From assembly GCA_964544585.1 (NCBI GenBank), contig CAZJBV010000002.1:67468-131467 (forward strand): a stretch of DNA of 64,000 bases, written 5' to 3'. Positions 19,770 to 30,018 of this stretch are shown one piece after another. Source of the stretch: an uncultured Gammaproteobacteria bacterium (GTDB lineage: Bacteria; Patescibacteriota; Microgenomatia; 2-02-FULL-39-11). A model generated the notes under the pieces. It was not told the origin of the DNA, made no database searches, and worked only from the letters and a program-made list of their open reading frames with translations. Made by a program: the position numbers and the translations under genes. Every line of letters starts with the position of its first letter. The first letter of the stretch is position 1.

Positions 19770-21073
19770 AGGATATAGATATTCTTTGGTTCATCGAACA
19801 TATTGCCCGTGAGTTGGATGTAGCAGTCTTAGCAAGCTTAATTATCAACAAAAAATACGGCCTGACAGTAAAAATAGAACAGATATCAAATCTTAAGAAA
19901 ATAGAAAAGCTTTACAATCCCAAAATTATTCTCCTTCCTTATTGTTATGTTGCCACCGATGGTTATATAGAAAGAATAATTTCGATATGGCCAAAGAGTG
20001 TCTTTATCAATCTTGCTTGGGAGCAAATTTTTTATAATGCCAACAAAATATATAAATTGCCCCGCGACTATTTTGCTCGAAATTGCGTTTATCACCATGC
20101 CTGGAGCAAAACCAGAAAAAAAATACTTAAAAAGCTCGATATTCCAGACAAAAATATTTTTCTAAATGGCCAACCCGCCTATAAATTATATGATGAGCCA
20201 TACAAAAAACTTTTTATCAGTCGTAAAAATCTGGCAGAAAGATATCAATTAGATACTAACAAAACATGGATTTTCTTTCCCGAAAACTACAGTTGGTATT
20301 TCTATTCAAAAGAAACAATCCAAAAGATCATCCAGGATGGTCAAGGAGTAAAAACCATCAGCACTCTAAAAAATTATTGCAAAGACAGCTTTACAATTGC
20401 ACTTGAATGGTTAAACCAGATCGCAAAAAGATATGAAGATACTGTTGAAATCATCCTTCGTCCGCGTCCCTCATTTAGCCAAGAATATTTTTTATGGCAA
20501 GTACAGAAATTAAAACCGTCTCTATCCAAAAATATAAGAGTTATAAAAGATTTTTCCATCAGAGAATGGATTTTAGCAAGCGATATCGTAATTTCATCAT
20601 TTTCAACTTCACTTATCGAAGCCGCCATAGCTAAAAAAACTCTTTATATACTTGAACCTAATCCCATGCCAAATGAATTAATTGCAGAGTGGTATAAATA
20701 TGTCGAGAAAATAAAAAGTCTGAATGGATTATTCTCTATCCTGCCGGCCAGCCTGCCGGTAGGCATGGCAGGCAGGAATAATTACTTAAAGCTTCGTACC
20801 TGGGCACGGTCTAATTTTTATGTAAAAGATGATCCCATCCAAGGACTTGCGGATATTCTTGCAAAAATACCAGAAAAACAACTTCCAGAATTAAAAAATA
20901 CAAAAAGTCTATTCCGTCAAGCACAGAAAAAGGCATTCTCAATATTAAGTAAATTAAAAAAAGCAACAACAACCACGGATGCATATTTTAAATTAGATGA
21001 TGATAAAATCTTTGAGTCAGAATTAAAAGATAAAATGATTCGTTATAAAAACTTTATTGATAAATATCTATGA
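19766..21073 (+). CDS. hypothetical surface-carbohydrate biosynthesis protein (GT-B-like; candidate nonulosonate/ulosonate transferase)
   Basis: 435 aa. The 'IVISSFSTSLIEAAIAKK' region resembles the C-terminal domain of TagF/KpsC-type GT-B transferases. Carries an in-frame GC-rich palindrome at 20741-20776. Confidence 0.5.
   Translation: MKDIDILWFIEHIARELDVAVLASLIINKKYGLTVKIEQISNLKKIEKLYNPKIILLPYCYVATDGYIERIISIWPKSVFINLAWEQIFYNANKIYKLPRDYFARNCVYHHAWSKTRKKILKKLDIPDKNIFLNGQPAYKLYDEPYKKLFISRKNLAERYQLDTNKTWIFFPENYSWYFYSKETIQKIIQDGQGVKTISTLKNYCKDSFTIALEWLNQIAKRYEDTVEIILRPRPSFSQEYFLWQVQKLKPSLSKNIRVIKDFSIREWILASDIVISSFSTSLIEAAIAKKTLYILEPNPMPNELIAEWYKYVEKIKSLNGLFSILPASLPVGMAGRNNYLKLRTWARSNFYVKDDPIQGLADILAKIPEKQLPELKNTKSLFRQAQKKAFSILSKLKKATTTTDAYFKLDDDKIFESELKDKMIRYKNFIDKYL
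20741..20776. repeat. GC-rich palindromic element A1 (core CCTGCCGG..CAGGCAGG), in-frame in hypothetical CDS
   Basis: ctgccggccagcctgccggtaggcatggcaggcagg; encodes 'PASLPVGMAGRN'. Confidence 0.75.
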
Positions 21074-21915
21074 TTATAATGCGCATAACAGGAGGATTAG
21101 GCAATCAACTTTTTCAGTATGCCACAGGAAGGACCCTTTCGGAAAAGTTTAATACTACCTTAAAGCTTGATATCACTGAAGTATTGACCAAAAAATATCG
21201 AAAATTCTTATTAGATCGCTTTCGCATAAAAGCTCAAACCGCTTCTCCAGAAGTAGTAAAAAAATTCTGGAGATTCTCAGTTCACAATCTTTTCCGATCT
21301 CCCGAATATAAAGTATTCAAAGAAAAACACTTTCATTACGACCACGAATTTGAAAAAATAAAAGACAATACTTACATCGTAGGTTTTTTTCAGAGCGATA
21401 AATACTTCAACAATATCAAGCAGTTAATTAAAAGAGAATTCTCTCTCAAAAATGGGTTATCGACAGAAAGCAAAAAAATTGCTGCAAAAATAAAGTCAGT
21501 AAATGCCGTCTCTATAAATGTTAGAAGAGGAGATTATGTCAGTGATCCTATTATTCATAAGCGCCACGGATTTATAGGAGTAGACTATTTTTTGAAAGCC
21601 ATTAACTATATTAAAAAAAATACTTCCAATCCTCACTTTTTTTTATTTTCAGATGACATACAGTGGGTAAAAGAAAATCTTCATATCCCGCATCAATCGA
21701 CATACGTCGACCTAAACTTCCCAGATCATGTCGAAGAAAATCTTATTCTCGGTAGCCTTTGTAATCATAATATCATTACCAACAGCACCTTTAGTTGGTG
21801 GGTGGGCTGGTTAAATGCAAATAAAAAAAAGATCGTCGTCGCCCCTAAAAAATGGTTCAAAGATTTGGATGTTTCGACAAAAGATTTATTTCCAAAATCT
21901 TGGATTCTTCTTTAA
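21070..21915 (+). CDS. alpha-1,2-fucosyltransferase (GT11)
   Basis: 'ITGGLGNQLFQYA', 'NVRRGDY' and 'ITNSTFSWW' are the three GT11 signatures (FutC-like). Confidence 0.85.
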   Translation: MIIMRITGGLGNQLFQYATGRTLSEKFNTTLKLDITEVLTKKYRKFLLDRFRIKAQTASPEVVKKFWRFSVHNLFRSPEYKVFKEKHFHYDHEFEKIKDNTYIVGFFQSDKYFNNIKQLIKREFSLKNGLSTESKKIAAKIKSVNAVSINVRRGDYVSDPIIHKRHGFIGVDYFLKAINYIKKNTSNPHFFLFSDDIQWVKENLHIPHQSTYVDLNFPDHVEENLILGSLCNHNIITNSTFSWWVGWLNANKKKIVVAPKKWFKDLDVSTKDLFPKSWILL

Positions 21916-21917
21916 AA

Positions 21918-22943
21918 ATGGAAAATAATATTTTAGTCCGCATCATTAAAAATTATGACTGGCCAAATATCTTCCGTCAAACTCCCAAAGGTAAAGGGGT
22001 ATGGAGCGGAATAAAATTTACCGAAGATGAAATTTCGGATCCCGATTTTATTGTTGTCCTCAACTGGTCCTCCCAAAAAATATCCACCACAATTAACAAA
22101 AATAATGTCTGGCTTATTCTCCAGGAACCGCCTAACGAATTTTTTAAAATGATGCACAAAGGAAATAATGTATATTCACGAATATTTACCCAAGATATAA
22201 CATTAACAGGAAAAAGATTTGTTCATAGTCAGCCGGCAATTCCCTGGTTTATAAATATGACTTATGATGAGTTGAAAAAATGCAAAATTCCCAAGAAAAA
22301 TAAAACTGTTTCCCTTATTACCAGTCTTAAAAGTAATTTTTTAGGACACAAAAAAAGACTTGTATTTGCCCGGATGTTAAAAAGACAACTCGACGTCGAT
22401 ATTATCGCAACGAGTGATTACTACATCCGCCAAAATCCCCAAATTACACACAAAGAAATAGAAGCAAAATTATTAAATAAAGAATACACCAAAGTACTCA
22501 AGGATAAGTGGGATGCACTCGCTTCCTATAAATATAGTATCGTCATCGAAAATTATAAGGGTCCTCATTATTTCAGCGAAAAGCTAATTGATTGCTTTTT
22601 GACCTGGACTTTCCCCATCTACTTCGGCTGTATCAATTTAGGTCAGTATTTTCCCAAAGAGTCATTCATATCAATAGATATAGATAAACCAGATTCAATA
22701 AATAAAATAAAAGAAGTTTTAGGAAAAGACATCTGGAGTAGAAAGCTGAGAGCGTTAAACAAAGCCCGAACCCTTGTTTTAGAAAAATATCAATTTTTTC
22801 CTTATATGGCAAAATATGTAAAAGAGTGGCAAAAAATGGCAAAAACAAGAAAAAAAGAAAATATAATTATTCCTAAACAGGACTCTCTACTCTCCCAAGC
22901 TAAGATGAGTCTATTTTCTAAATTGAGAACGATAATAAAATGA
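21918..22943 (+). CDS. alpha-1,3/4-fucosyltransferase (GT10)
   Basis: 'YKYSIVIENYKGPHYFSEKLIDCFLTWTFPIYFG' matches the GT10 C-terminal motif. The ATG at 21918 avoids overlap with the upstream gene. Confidence 0.8.
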   Translation: MENNILVRIIKNYDWPNIFRQTPKGKGVWSGIKFTEDEISDPDFIVVLNWSSQKISTTINKNNVWLILQEPPNEFFKMMHKGNNVYSRIFTQDITLTGKRFVHSQPAIPWFINMTYDELKKCKIPKKNKTVSLITSLKSNFLGHKKRLVFARMLKRQLDVDIIATSDYYIRQNPQITHKEIEAKLLNKEYTKVLKDKWDALASYKYSIVIENYKGPHYFSEKLIDCFLTWTFPIYFGCINLGQYFPKESFISIDIDKPDSINKIKEVLGKDIWSRKLRALNKARTLVLEKYQFFPYMAKYVKEWQKMAKTRKKENIIIPKQDSLLSQAKMSLFSKLRTIIK

Positions 22944-23896
22944 CTAACCCCATCTTCTCCGTAGTTGTTTGCACTCTTAATCGAAAAGAGGCACTTGAAA
23001 AAAACATCGAAAGTCTATTAGACCAAACATTTGATTATCAAAAGTTTGAAATAATAGTTGTCGATGATGGATCTAACGATGGTACAGCCAATTATCTCAA
23101 AACCAAAGCACGAAAGACAAAAGAACCAAAAATAAGAGTCATAATGCATAAAAACAAAGGATTAGCTCATTCACGAAATATTGCCGTCAAAAAAGCTAGA
23201 GGGGAATTCATGGCTTTCATCGACGATGATGCCGTAGCCAGTAGAAACTGGCTCAAAAATGCCTACGGATGTATTAGTTCCGTAAATCCTAAACCTCAAG
23301 GAGTAACAGGTCCAGTAAAGTCCTATTATAAAGTTAAAAAACCTATCTGGTTTAAAGATGAATATGTCGATGACATTAAAGGAATAAAGGAGAGGTTCCT
23401 TAAAACTGGCGAAGCTTTTTCTGGACCAAATATGATCCTAAATAAAGAGATAATAAAAAAATACGGCGGCTTTGATGAATTAGTTGATATGAAAGGAGCC
23501 TTGTTAATGCTAGGCGAGGAGACAAAACTTTTTGAACGTATCTGGAAAAATAATATCGACAAAAAAATACTCTATTACTCTCCCCAAATTATTGTCAATC
23601 ACTTAATTCATCCCTTCAAGCTAACAATTTCATATACTCTAAAACGATGGTTTGCCACAGGTCAATCATATTACTTAAGACATAAAAGAAGCGGACTTCT
23701 AGAAAAAACGGGCATGACTTTTAGAATAGTTGGTTTTACAATTATATCGACGCTGCTGGCTGTTATACTCATTCCTTTTTATAGAAGATATCAAAATTGG
23801 CTGATAGAACGAATCGGACCAATTCTTTTCTGCCTAGGCTTCATCACTTCACTTGCACGCATTTCCTATAACATGAAACAATATAATCGGATATGA
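22940..23896 (+). CDS. GT2 glycosyltransferase with C-terminal TM anchor
   Basis: 'FSVVVCTLNR' and 'IIVVDDGSNDGT' are GT2 motifs. Confidence 0.8.
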   Translation: MTNPIFSVVVCTLNRKEALEKNIESLLDQTFDYQKFEIIVVDDGSNDGTANYLKTKARKTKEPKIRVIMHKNKGLAHSRNIAVKKARGEFMAFIDDDAVASRNWLKNAYGCISSVNPKPQGVTGPVKSYYKVKKPIWFKDEYVDDIKGIKERFLKTGEAFSGPNMILNKEIIKKYGGFDELVDMKGALLMLGEETKLFERIWKNNIDKKILYYSPQIIVNHLIHPFKLTISYTLKRWFATGQSYYLRHKRSGLLEKTGMTFRIVGFTIISTLLAVILIPFYRRYQNWLIERIGPILFCLGFITSLARISYNMKQYNRI

Positions 23897-25440
23897 AAAA
23901 ACTAGTTTTTCTACTGCTCTTTATTACATTTTTAAAAGAAATTGTTTGGATAGCGTTCGTACCTCTCTGGCATTTTCCCGACGAGCAGTCTCACTTTGGA
24001 CAAATTGCTTTCTTGGCCGAAAAAGGAAGAATGCCTTATGATGAAGAGCTAAGTCTCACTGAAGAAATAAGAAAATCAGAAGAATTATTGAGTACAGAAA
24101 GAGATGAATTAGGTATTAATAAATTTACTTATCATCATGAATACAGAATCGAGTACACCCAAAAACTGACAGGAAAATATGAATCTCAAATTAATAACCT
24201 GAAAAATAATCAAAAAGCTCGAAAAATGGTAAAAATAGAAGCTAGTCGATATCATCCTTTTTATTATGCAGTTTTGGGGAGTATCTATAGATTATTTTAT
24301 TACAATACTCTTATTAATAGAGTATTTATCAGTCGGATTTTCCAATCCCTCCTTTCGGTTTTGGTTGTTTTAATAGCTTTTAATGTAGGCAAATATATAT
24401 TCAGAAACCAATTACAATCTCTAACTCTCGCCATTCTTGTTTCCTTTCACCCTATGTTTTCTTTTGTCTCTGCCGGAGTCAACAGTGACAATTTAGGCAC
24501 ATTATTATTTAGCGCCTTCATTCTAATTACTCTTATCATTTTGCATAAAAAGATTAATTTCAAAAATATTTTTATTCTCGGCACAATATCATTATTAACA
24601 TTTATCATCAAACCCCAATATTTCATCGTTTTTCCCTTATCTGTCATGCTTTTTGTTTTCAAAATTTTAATAAGTCTGGAAAATATTCAAATAAAAATTA
24701 TAAAATCAGTTAGTCTAATTGCTCTTTCCTTTATCCTCTTATCCTTTATCCTGCGATTAGGTTTAGGTTCAGGAGTTCTAGTATCAAAATTTATTACTAA
24801 TTTTTCTCCTATTGAACTTACAGCTTATTTTCGCTCGTATGTCATACCCCATCTATATAGAGAAGTATTACCCTGGTATTGGGGAATATACAATTGGCTG
24901 GGTGTGACATACCCCAGAATCGTCCATCGGACTGTAAATTGGATCGGTTTAATTTCGATGGTCGGCCTTGGTCTCATCTTTATAAAAAATAAATTCCGAT
25001 TGACACAGTTTCCCTTAAAAGAAATTGTCTGGCTGATTATCATTAATATCTTTTTTGTCACCGGAATATATTCATATGACTTTCTTGAATGGAGTCAGAA
25101 AAATATTCATCTCGGAGTCCAAGGTAGATATTTTTTTCCAGCCATAATCACCCAAATGAGTCTCATCCTTACCGGATTATTGATACTTATTCCCAAGACA
25201 TGGATTAAATTTAAAAATTATTTCACACATGGAATCGGAATTTTGATGATCGTTTTCAATTTTTATGCTCTATATATTGTGGCGGAGGCTTATTATGATC
25301 TTTCATCATTTGACAGATTTATCATCCAGGCAAGCCAGTATAAACCATGGTTTTTTAAAAGCTGGTATCTACTAAGTATATTTGGAATATACACTTCAAG
25401 CCTTGGAATTTTTCTCTTCAAATATTTGAAGAATAAATGA
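23893..25440 (+). CDS. GT-C fold-like membrane protein (ArnT/PMT-like first-loop DE motif)
   Basis: Multi-TM ORF with 'PDEQSHFGQIAFL' after TM1. Confidence 0.55.
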   Translation: MKKLVFLLLFITFLKEIVWIAFVPLWHFPDEQSHFGQIAFLAEKGRMPYDEELSLTEEIRKSEELLSTERDELGINKFTYHHEYRIEYTQKLTGKYESQINNLKNNQKARKMVKIEASRYHPFYYAVLGSIYRLFYYNTLINRVFISRIFQSLLSVLVVLIAFNVGKYIFRNQLQSLTLAILVSFHPMFSFVSAGVNSDNLGTLLFSAFILITLIILHKKINFKNIFILGTISLLTFIIKPQYFIVFPLSVMLFVFKILISLENIQIKIIKSVSLIALSFILLSFILRLGLGSGVLVSKFITNFSPIELTAYFRSYVIPHLYREVLPWYWGIYNWLGVTYPRIVHRTVNWIGLISMVGLGLIFIKNKFRLTQFPLKEIVWLIIINIFFVTGIYSYDFLEWSQKNIHLGVQGRYFFPAIITQMSLILTGLLILIPKTWIKFKNYFTHGIGILMIVFNFYALYIVAEAYYDLSSFDRFIIQASQYKPWFFKSWYLLSIFGIYTSSLGIFLFKYLKNK

Positions 25441-26894
25441 TACTTTTTTTTATACTCGCCATCGCCTTTATTTTCCGCTTTTATAATGTCCAGGATTGGC
25501 TCTTTTTTGGCATGGACCAGGAGTATGAAGCATTTCTGGTAAAAAACATTCTTTCTGGTATTCACTTTCCCGCAATCGGCGTCAATGCCGGCGATACCGG
25601 ACTTTATCTCGGTCCACTCTTCATCTATTTTGCCGTGATCCCCTACGCCCTTTTTCAAGGCAGTCCCGTTGGAGGAGCCGTAGTCGCCTCCACTCTTGGA
25701 ATTCTAACTACATATTTCATTTATCTTCTCGGTAAACTCTGGTGGGATAAAAGTATAGGATTCATAGCTTCATTTTTATACGCGTCCTCATTTTTGGCAA
25801 CATTATACGACCGACAGTTTTGGAATCCCACTCCTATTCCTCTTGCAACAGTCATTCTTCTCTATTCTCTGACAAAGGTACTGAAGGATCAGCCAAAATA
25901 TTTGATCCTAAGTTCCGTCATTCTTGGCTTTGCCCTCCAAAGTCATTTACAGGCAGTCATCCTCTTAATAATCGCCATAGGTTTCATCGTCTATTTTCAT
26001 AAAAATATAAAAAAATCATTAATTCTTATTTTTTTTATCATTCTCATACTCTTTCAAGCGCCTTTGATCTTTTTCGATCTTCGCCACGAATTTACCAACA
26101 CCAAAGCTTTGGCAAAACTTATCATTCCATCGGAAAGAAAACAAAAGATAATCACCACAAATATTGGAGAAAGATTTAGGCTTTTTTTTAATTCACTGGG
26201 AAGATCTATTTATGTAAAAGGGCCTATCGATTTATATCTCGAAAATGGTCAGTGCGAAGAACTCATTCCCGAAAGAGGTAAAACCAATATCATCGCCATT
26301 GCCATAAGTGTAGCGATGATCTTAATATTTATTTACCGAACCCGTGCAAATCTACTGATCACATATATTTTAATAGCAACCTTCATAGGTCTTTTTATAT
26401 ACAATCACAGAATTTATGAATATTATTTTCTTTATCTATTGCCTCCATTATATTTAATCTATGCCTTTGTCCTCGTTAGTTTATTCAAAAAGAAAAAAAT
26501 TGTCTTTCTTTTTCTACTGTCTCTTTTCTTTTTATTAAACGCCAATGTATTTTTCACCGCCGGGAAAACATATTCTTTTCAAAATAAACTTCAAGCCATA
26601 AAATTTGCTTCCATTTATATAGAAGATGAAAACTACAATCTAAAAGCTTTTGGTGAATGTGGAAAGTACCAAGGATACAGATATCTTTTCGAGTATTTCG
26701 GGAAAATTCCCAACGCATCATATATGGATCCATATTTTTCATGGATTTACGGAGAGCCAAAAAAGAATAAAGTTGCCAAAGAGGTGATAGTAGCTTTAGA
26801 TGGGCGCGATTATCGCCCTTTTAAAGAAAAGGTGATCGCTGAGTCTCAATTTGGTAAGATACTAATATACATTACGAACAATGAAGAGAATTAA
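25437..26894 (+). CDS. GT-C glycosyltransferase (ArnT/PMT-like)
   Basis: Multi-TM ORF. 'DQEYEAFLVKNIL' is a first-loop acidic motif. Paralogous to 36581..38143(-). Confidence 0.65.
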   Translation: MILFFILAIAFIFRFYNVQDWLFFGMDQEYEAFLVKNILSGIHFPAIGVNAGDTGLYLGPLFIYFAVIPYALFQGSPVGGAVVASTLGILTTYFIYLLGKLWWDKSIGFIASFLYASSFLATLYDRQFWNPTPIPLATVILLYSLTKVLKDQPKYLILSSVILGFALQSHLQAVILLIIAIGFIVYFHKNIKKSLILIFFIILILFQAPLIFFDLRHEFTNTKALAKLIIPSERKQKIITTNIGERFRLFFNSLGRSIYVKGPIDLYLENGQCEELIPERGKTNIIAIAISVAMILIFIYRTRANLLITYILIATFIGLFIYNHRIYEYYFLYLLPPLYLIYAFVLVSLFKKKKIVFLFLLSLFFLLNANVFFTAGKTYSFQNKLQAIKFASIYIEDENYNLKAFGECGKYQGYRYLFEYFGKIPNASYMDPYFSWIYGEPKKNKVAKEVIVALDGRDYRPFKEKVIAESQFGKILIYITNNEEN

Positions 26895-28146
26895 GATACT
26901 TATTTTTTCCCCTACAGCCCTTTCTACTTACTATGTTTTTTCCGGAAACATCATCTCTGCCATATTGGCATTTCTATATACTGTCCTCCTTGTTCGCAAC
27001 CTCTCCCTCGCAGACATTGGCTATTTTTCTGCCCTCTGGTCATTTTTGCTTCTTATTGCCGATGTAGCCGAACTTGGCATTGGCACCTCTCTTTCAGCCT
27101 TCGTCCCCATAGCCAAAAGTATAAATGATAGGTTCAATGTAATTAAAACAGCCATGATAATCCAATTTGTTGTAGCTCTATTATTTTCGCTGCCAATATT
27201 TATATTTTCGGATATCATTGCTTCCTTTCTCTTTCATTCGGAGAATTTAAACATACTGGTAAAAGTTACCAGCGTAGGCATTTTTATAGCCGTCATTAAT
27301 TACTTTTATCAATTGGCACTTACATCAGAGGAACGCTTTCTCAAAGTCGCTCTTTTTTCTATTTCCGGAAGCCTGTTTCGCTTAGGGTCTGGTCTAATAC
27401 TCGTCCTGATTTCTCTATTTACTTTAAAAAATGCAGTCATGACACAAGTATTCTCATTAGGCTTATTATTTCTATTAGGAATATTATTGCACCGAAATTC
27501 CATTCTAAAGGGGAAACTTTTACCACTATTTATTAAGAATTTTCTTGCATTTTCTTCATTCCTGGGGATCGCCCGGGGAATGACAGCTTTAGCGTCCCGA
27601 CTTGATGTTCTCATGATTGTGGCAATACGTGGCCCGACAGAAGCAGGCATCTACGCCATTGCCGCAAGAGTAATCTCTCTCTATCCGCTTCTTTCCGGTA
27701 GTTTCAGCTCGGTTCTCGCCCCCAAAATAGCAGCGTTTCGAGAAAAACAGGAGCTCATCAAATTTACTAAAAAAGTTATCCTGGCAACTTTGGGAATAAT
27801 TTTTACCATCATAATTCTCATAATAATAGCCAATCCATTTATGACATTACTCTTTCAGGAAAAGGGAACACAAGCATCTGGCATCTTCCAAGTACTGCTT
27901 ATAAGCATGGTATTCTTTGTCTCCTCAATTCCACCCGTCACATTAGCAGTTTACAGTCTCAAAAAGCCTCATATTTTGACCATCAATAGTTTAATCCAGG
28001 TGACCATAGTATTTTTAGGAAATCTATTCCTCATTCCTCATTTTGGCTATTTTGGCGCCGCCTACTCACTCATCGCGGCTTATGCCATTTCATTAGTTTT
28101 AACCACAGTCTTAACTATTTATTATTTAAATAAAAGATATGGCTAA
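26881..28146 (+). CDS. wzx: oligosaccharide flippase (Wzx, MOP superfamily)
   Basis: 421 aa with about 12 TM segments and Wzx-like topology. Confidence 0.75.
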   Translation: MKRIKILIFSPTALSTYYVFSGNIISAILAFLYTVLLVRNLSLADIGYFSALWSFLLLIADVAELGIGTSLSAFVPIAKSINDRFNVIKTAMIIQFVVALLFSLPIFIFSDIIASFLFHSENLNILVKVTSVGIFIAVINYFYQLALTSEERFLKVALFSISGSLFRLGSGLILVLISLFTLKNAVMTQVFSLGLLFLLGILLHRNSILKGKLLPLFIKNFLAFSSFLGIARGMTALASRLDVLMIVAIRGPTEAGIYAIAARVISLYPLLSGSFSSVLAPKIAAFREKQELIKFTKKVILATLGIIFTIIILIIIANPFMTLLFQEKGTQASGIFQVLLISMVFFVSSIPPVTLAVYSLKKPHILTINSLIQVTIVFLGNLFLIPHFGYFGAAYSLIAAYAISLVLTTVLTIYYLNKRYG

Positions 28147-29026
28147 TCTAAAAATAACAGTTCATATGATAGTCAAAAATGAAGATAGATTCATTTGGTA
28201 TGCGATTAAGTCAGTCTTAGATTATATTGATAAATTATTGATATTTGATACAGGAAGTAAAGATAATACAGTTGAAATAATAAAAAATATAAATTCCCCC
28301 AAAATAGATTTCGAACAAAAAGGCAATGTAAATTCAAAAAAATTAGTAGAATTACGCCAAGAGCAGATAGAAAAGACTAAAACAGACTGGATTTGGATAG
28401 TCGATGGAGATGAAATCTATCCAGATGTAACCATAAAAGAGATATTAAAATATATAAACCAAAATCGCCATATAGGCGGAATCGTCAGGCGCTTCGATCT
28501 ACTCGGGGATATTTATCATTATCAGGATGAAAGCGTAGGTAGTTACCATCTTTTAGGCATGACAGGACATCTCGTACTTCGATGTCTAAACATTAAAAAA
28601 ATTGACGGCCTTCATCTCAAAGGTCTTTACCCAAACGAAGGCTATTATGACAGAAATGACCAAGTACTCATTGATTACCCCCGCAAAGATTTCTTTTTTA
28701 CCAGAAATAGATTATTTCATGCCATGTATTTAGAGAGATCAAGTCTAGGTAGAAATTTATTACAGACGTTACACAGAAGAAAATATAAAATAGAGGAAGG
28801 CAATTATTTTTCCGCAACCGAGGAATTCCCCAATATTTTTTTCCAAAAACATCCCCAACTTGTTTCAGATGTGACGGCAACCCGTGATGTCCGCTACGAT
28901 ATTGCCGCAAAACTAATTACTCCGATAAAAAAACTAAAACGAAATATCTTTAATACACCTGGAAGGTGGCCGGATGCCTGCCTGCCGGCAAGGCAGGGAC
29001 TCCTTCCAGGTGGAAAAAATAAATGA
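28139..29026 (+). CDS. GT2-like glycosyltransferase whose C-terminal tail is encoded by a GC-rich palindromic element
   Basis: 'VHMIVKNEDRFI' and 'DTGSKDNT' in the N-terminal part. The last ~20 codons ('GRWPDACLPARQGLLPGGKNK') are encoded by repeat 28956-29013. Confidence 0.6.
   Translation: MANLKITVHMIVKNEDRFIWYAIKSVLDYIDKLLIFDTGSKDNTVEIIKNINSPKIDFEQKGNVNSKKLVELRQEQIEKTKTDWIWIVDGDEIYPDVTIKEILKYINQNRHIGGIVRRFDLLGDIYHYQDESVGSYHLLGMTGHLVLRCLNIKKIDGLHLKGLYPNEGYYDRNDQVLIDYPRKDFFFTRNRLFHAMYLERSSLGRNLLQTLHRRKYKIEEGNYFSATEEFPNIFFQKHPQLVSDVTATRDVRYDIAAKLITPIKKLKRNIFNTPGRWPDACLPARQGLLPGGKNK
28956..29013. repeat. GC-rich nested palindromic element A2 (outer arms CACCTGGAAGG/CCTTCCAGGTG, inner core CCTGCCTGCCGGCAAGGCAGG), forming the 3' end of a GT2 gene
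   Basis: cacctggaaggtggccggatgcctgcctgccggcaaggcagggactccttccaggtgg. It shares 'gaaggtggccgg' and 'gggactccttc.aggtg' with C1. Confidence 0.85.
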
Positions 29027-30018
29027 AAATAGCCTTTTTAAATATCTACCACGGAATTGTCGAAAGGGGTTCCGAAGTATTTGTTGAAAATTTATCCCAA
29101 AAATTAGCCCAAAATCATACCGTCAGAGTTTTTCATCAAGATATAAATACTCCTATTCGTAAAAGCCAAGATTTTTTATATGATCTTTCAGTATTTTTGT
29201 TCACCCTTAGCTCTCTGCCTCAACTATGGAAAGAAAAATTCGACTGGATCATCCCCATAAACGGACGCCTGCAAGTATTACTCGTAAGAATACTGCGATT
29301 TTTTCGCGGAGGAAAAATTCTTATTTCTGGCCACGCAGGAGTAGGAGCAGAGGATAAATGGAATATTCTAATTGGAAAACCGGATATCTTTGTTGCTCTA
29401 AGCCCGACCGCATCTGCCTGGGCAAAAAAAATAAACTCCCGCACAAAATACATCCCAAACGGCGTAGATATTGAAAATTTCTCGCCAAATGGAAGAAAAG
29501 CAACAATTCCCTTAAAAAAGCCAATAGTTTTAGTTACGAGCGCACTTCTTCCCTATAAAAGAGTCGAATTGACAATTGAAGCCGTTTCCGAGCTTAAAAA
29601 CACTAGCCTTCTGGTAATAGGCGACGGTCCTTTAAAAAATAAAATAGAAAATTTAGGAAACAATAAATTACAAAATCGATTTCTTCTTATCCCTAAAGTT
29701 TCCTACCGAGAAATCCCTTCTTACTATCGATCAGTAGACGTCTTTACTCTTCCAAGTCGCGAGTCCGAAGCCTTTGGTATTGTCTATCTCGAGGCACTGG
29801 CAACAAATATCCCTGTTGTTGCACCAGATGATGAAAATAGAATCAAAATTATAGGAAATGCCGGCATCTTTTGTAATATCGAAAATACAAAGGAGTATAG
29901 TAAAGCTATTGAAAAAGCACTCAATACGAACTGGGCAAATATTCCACGCAGGGAAGCAGAAAAATTTTCCTGGGAAAAAATAGCCAAGAAGTATGAAGAA
30001 ATATTTCTCTCTTATTAA
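29023..30018 (+). CDS. GT4 glycosyltransferase
   Basis: 'ESEAFGIVYLEALATNIPVV' is the GT4 motif. Confidence 0.8.
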   Translation: MKIAFLNIYHGIVERGSEVFVENLSQKLAQNHTVRVFHQDINTPIRKSQDFLYDLSVFLFTLSSLPQLWKEKFDWIIPINGRLQVLLVRILRFFRGGKILISGHAGVGAEDKWNILIGKPDIFVALSPTASAWAKKINSRTKYIPNGVDIENFSPNGRKATIPLKKPIVLVTSALLPYKRVELTIEAVSELKNTSLLVIGDGPLKNKIENLGNNKLQNRFLLIPKVSYREIPSYYRSVDVFTLPSRESEAFGIVYLEALATNIPVVAPDDENRIKIIGNAGIFCNIENTKEYSKAIEKALNTNWANIPRREAEKFSWEKIAKKYEEIFLSY

